A stretch of DNA of 64,000 nucleotides from Candidatus Bathyarchaeia archaeon. GTDB taxonomy: Archaea; Thermoproteota; Bathyarchaeia; Bathyarchaeales; Bathycorpusculaceae. The notes beneath the pieces were generated by a model. The model saw only the letters and a program-made list of their open reading frames with translations, ran no database searches and was not told where the DNA came from. This document shows positions 62,182 to 64,000 of the stretch, one piece after another. Position 1 is the stretch's first letter; every line of letters starts with the position of its first letter. Position numbers and translations under genes: made by a program. The stretch lies in assembly GCA_049970895.1 (NCBI GenBank), contig JBMFMB010000004.1, forward strand, positions 1 through 64,000, given 5' to 3'.

Positions 62182-63726
62182 TTGAACGCGAAGCCCATTA
62201 GAATTACTGATACAACGTTTCGCGACGCCCACCAGTCTTTGATGGCTACTCGAATGCGCACGGAATCGATGCTTCCCATAGCCGAGAAAATGGACCATGT
62301 GGGCTTTTTCTCCATGGAGGTCTGGGGCGGCGCCACCTTTGACGTTTGCATACGCTACTTAGCCGAAGACCCATGGGAGAGAATCCGCCAACTTAAAAGG
62401 CGTATCAAGCGAACGCCACTGCAAATGCTCTTGCGAGGGCAGAACGTTGTTGGCTACCGGAATTATCCGGATGATGTTGTCATAAAATTTGTTGAGAAAG
62501 CCGCTGAAAACGGTATAGACATTTTCCGTGTTTTCGACGCCCTAAACGATGTCCGCAACATGGAAGTAGCCATAAAAACCGTCAAGAAGGTTGGGAGACA
62601 CGCTCAGGGCACGATATGCTACACCATAAGCCCAGTCCACACAATAGAGTACTACGTAGATGTTGCCAAAAAACTGGCTTGGCTTGGATGCGACTCCATA
62701 TGCATTAAGGACATGGCTGGAATGCTGGCGCCACAACCAGCCTACGAACTCATAACAGCCTTAAAAAGGGAGGTGGGCTTGCCGGTGCACCTCCACTGTC
62801 ACTGCACCAGTGGAATGGCTATGATGACATATTTGCGGGCATGCGAAGCTGGAGTAGACATAATAGACGCAGCTTTTTCGCCACTGGCATGGGGCACATC
62901 CCAGCCACCAGTAGAGTCCATAGTTGCAGCCTTAAAGGGGACGCCGTACGATCCCGGGTTTGACATGACGCTTTTGCAGGAAATTGCGGAATACTTCAGG
63001 GAGCTTAGGGAGAAATATTACGATCCATTGGGGCTTATAGACCCCAAAGCCGAGAGGGTTGACCCTTCCATAATGGTTCACCAGATTCCTGGCGGGATGT
63101 TCTCCAACCTTATCGAGCAGTTGAGGGAGCAGAACGCCGTTCATAGACTTAGAGAGGTCCTCGAAGAAGTCCCAAGGGTGCGAAAAGAGCTTGGTTATCC
63201 ACCTCTGGTTACGCCTACAAGCCAACTGGTTGGCATTCAAGCGGTGCTTAACGTCTTGTCTGGGAAACGTTACAGCATAGTGCCAAAAGAGGTTAGGGAC
63301 TATGTTAAAGGGTTTTATGGGCAGCCTCCAGCCCCAATAGATGAGGAGGTTAAGAGGCTTATTATTGGCGACGAGGAGCCCATAACATGCCGCCCAGCAG
63401 ACCTTCTTGAGCCAGCCTTAGACAAAATTCCAGAGGATGTTAAGCCCTACATTGAAAGCGAGGAGGACATGCTCACCTACGTCTTGTTCCCAGCTATTGC
63501 CCCAGAATTCTTCAAAAAACGGAAAGCCAAAAAGGAGGAAGCCAAAACGGGCGTGCCGCCAGAAAGGCTGGCGGAACTGGAGCAGGTGGCAGCAGTGTCA
63601 GCAGCAGTTGCCGCTTACATAACAAGCCTACGTGAGGTGAAAGCCCTAACCCTTCAAAGGGCTAAGCGTGGAATTTCGCCTTGGGTTTTGGCTGGAAGGC
63701 AAAGCCTAGCCGAGCATGGTGGGTGA
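62182..63726 (+). CDS. pyruvate/oxaloacetate carboxyltransferase (5S/OadA/PycB-like, no fused biotin domain)
   Basis: RDAHQSL, WGGATFD, KDMAG, HCH, HQIPGGM, PPLVTPTSQ. Confidence 0.95.
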   Translation: MNAKPIRITDTTFRDAHQSLMATRMRTESMLPIAEKMDHVGFFSMEVWGGATFDVCIRYLAEDPWERIRQLKRRIKRTPLQMLLRGQNVVGYRNYPDDVVIKFVEKAAENGIDIFRVFDALNDVRNMEVAIKTVKKVGRHAQGTICYTISPVHTIEYYVDVAKKLAWLGCDSICIKDMAGMLAPQPAYELITALKREVGLPVHLHCHCTSGMAMMTYLRACEAGVDIIDAAFSPLAWGTSQPPVESIVAALKGTPYDPGFDMTLLQEIAEYFRELREKYYDPLGLIDPKAERVDPSIMVHQIPGGMFSNLIEQLREQNAVHRLREVLEEVPRVRKELGYPPLVTPTSQLVGIQAVLNVLSGKRYSIVPKEVRDYVKGFYGQPPAPIDEEVKRLIIGDEEPITCRPADLLEPALDKIPEDVKPYIESEEDMLTYVLFPAIAPEFFKKRKAKKEEAKTGVPPERLAELEQVAAVSAAVAAYITSLREVKALTLQRAKRGISPWVLAGRQSLAEHGG

Positions 63727-63727
63727 A

Positions 63728-64000
63728 ATGCCAACATACGAGATTTTTGTAAACGGAAAGCCTTTGAAAATCGGAGTTTCAAAAACTGGTGAAAAGGCTT
63801 TTATCGTCAAGCTTGGCGACAGATCCTTTAATGTAGAGGTTCTAAACGGCAAAATTCAGCCTGAAAAAGAACTTCAAATAAGAGTTGACGAAAAAGCATA
63901 CGCTGTGCTTTTTCAAGAGGTTAGCAAAACAAAGCCTTTCACGGTTAAGGTTGAAGAGGCATCCTTCAAAGTGGAGTTGAAAACGCCCACGTTGGCAAGA
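63728..64000 (+). CDS. probable biotin carboxyl carrier protein 2 (truncated by window)
   Basis: MPTYEIFVNGKPLKIGV... resembles the N-terminus of carrier 1; no biotin motif falls inside the window. Confidence 0.7.
   Translation, partial: MPTYEIFVNGKPLKIGVSKTGEKAFIVKLGDRSFNVEVLNGKIQPEKELQIRVDEKAYAVLFQEVSKTKPFTVKVEEASFKVELKTPTLAR

Overview
Archaeal chromosome segment, most consistent with Bathyarchaeia (16S sequence style, HdrA-MvhD fusion, TBP, RadA, NucS, Nre, Cren7/CC1-like proteins); the taxonomic call is recognition, not a database result. It is gene-dense and mostly housekeeping. RNA genes: four tRNAs (Gln, Thr, Asp, and Met with a variable-loop intron) and a stand-alone 16S rRNA gene with its own BHB processing stem. 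It also holds DNA repair and RNA-processing genes, a VapBC pair and several pseudogenes (IS110, flavodoxin, HAD, methyltransferase, tyrosine integrase, MFS, nitroreductase). A C3/C4 metabolism block contains fumarase, LarA, AOR, thiol:fumarate reductase, methylmalonyl-CoA epimerase and biotin enzymes. The most notable observation is that the biotin carboxylase and the transcarboxylase-5S-like subunit end in the same homologous tail, and each is followed by its own biotin carrier beside a single acyl-CoA carboxyltransferase. This suggests an interchangeable carboxylase/transcarboxylase system. Other leads: a candidate IS110 bridge RNA, two structured 5' leaders, a PIP-box protein coupled to radA, an OPTI/EMC6-like membrane protein, and tandem Cren7/CC1-like chromatin genes.
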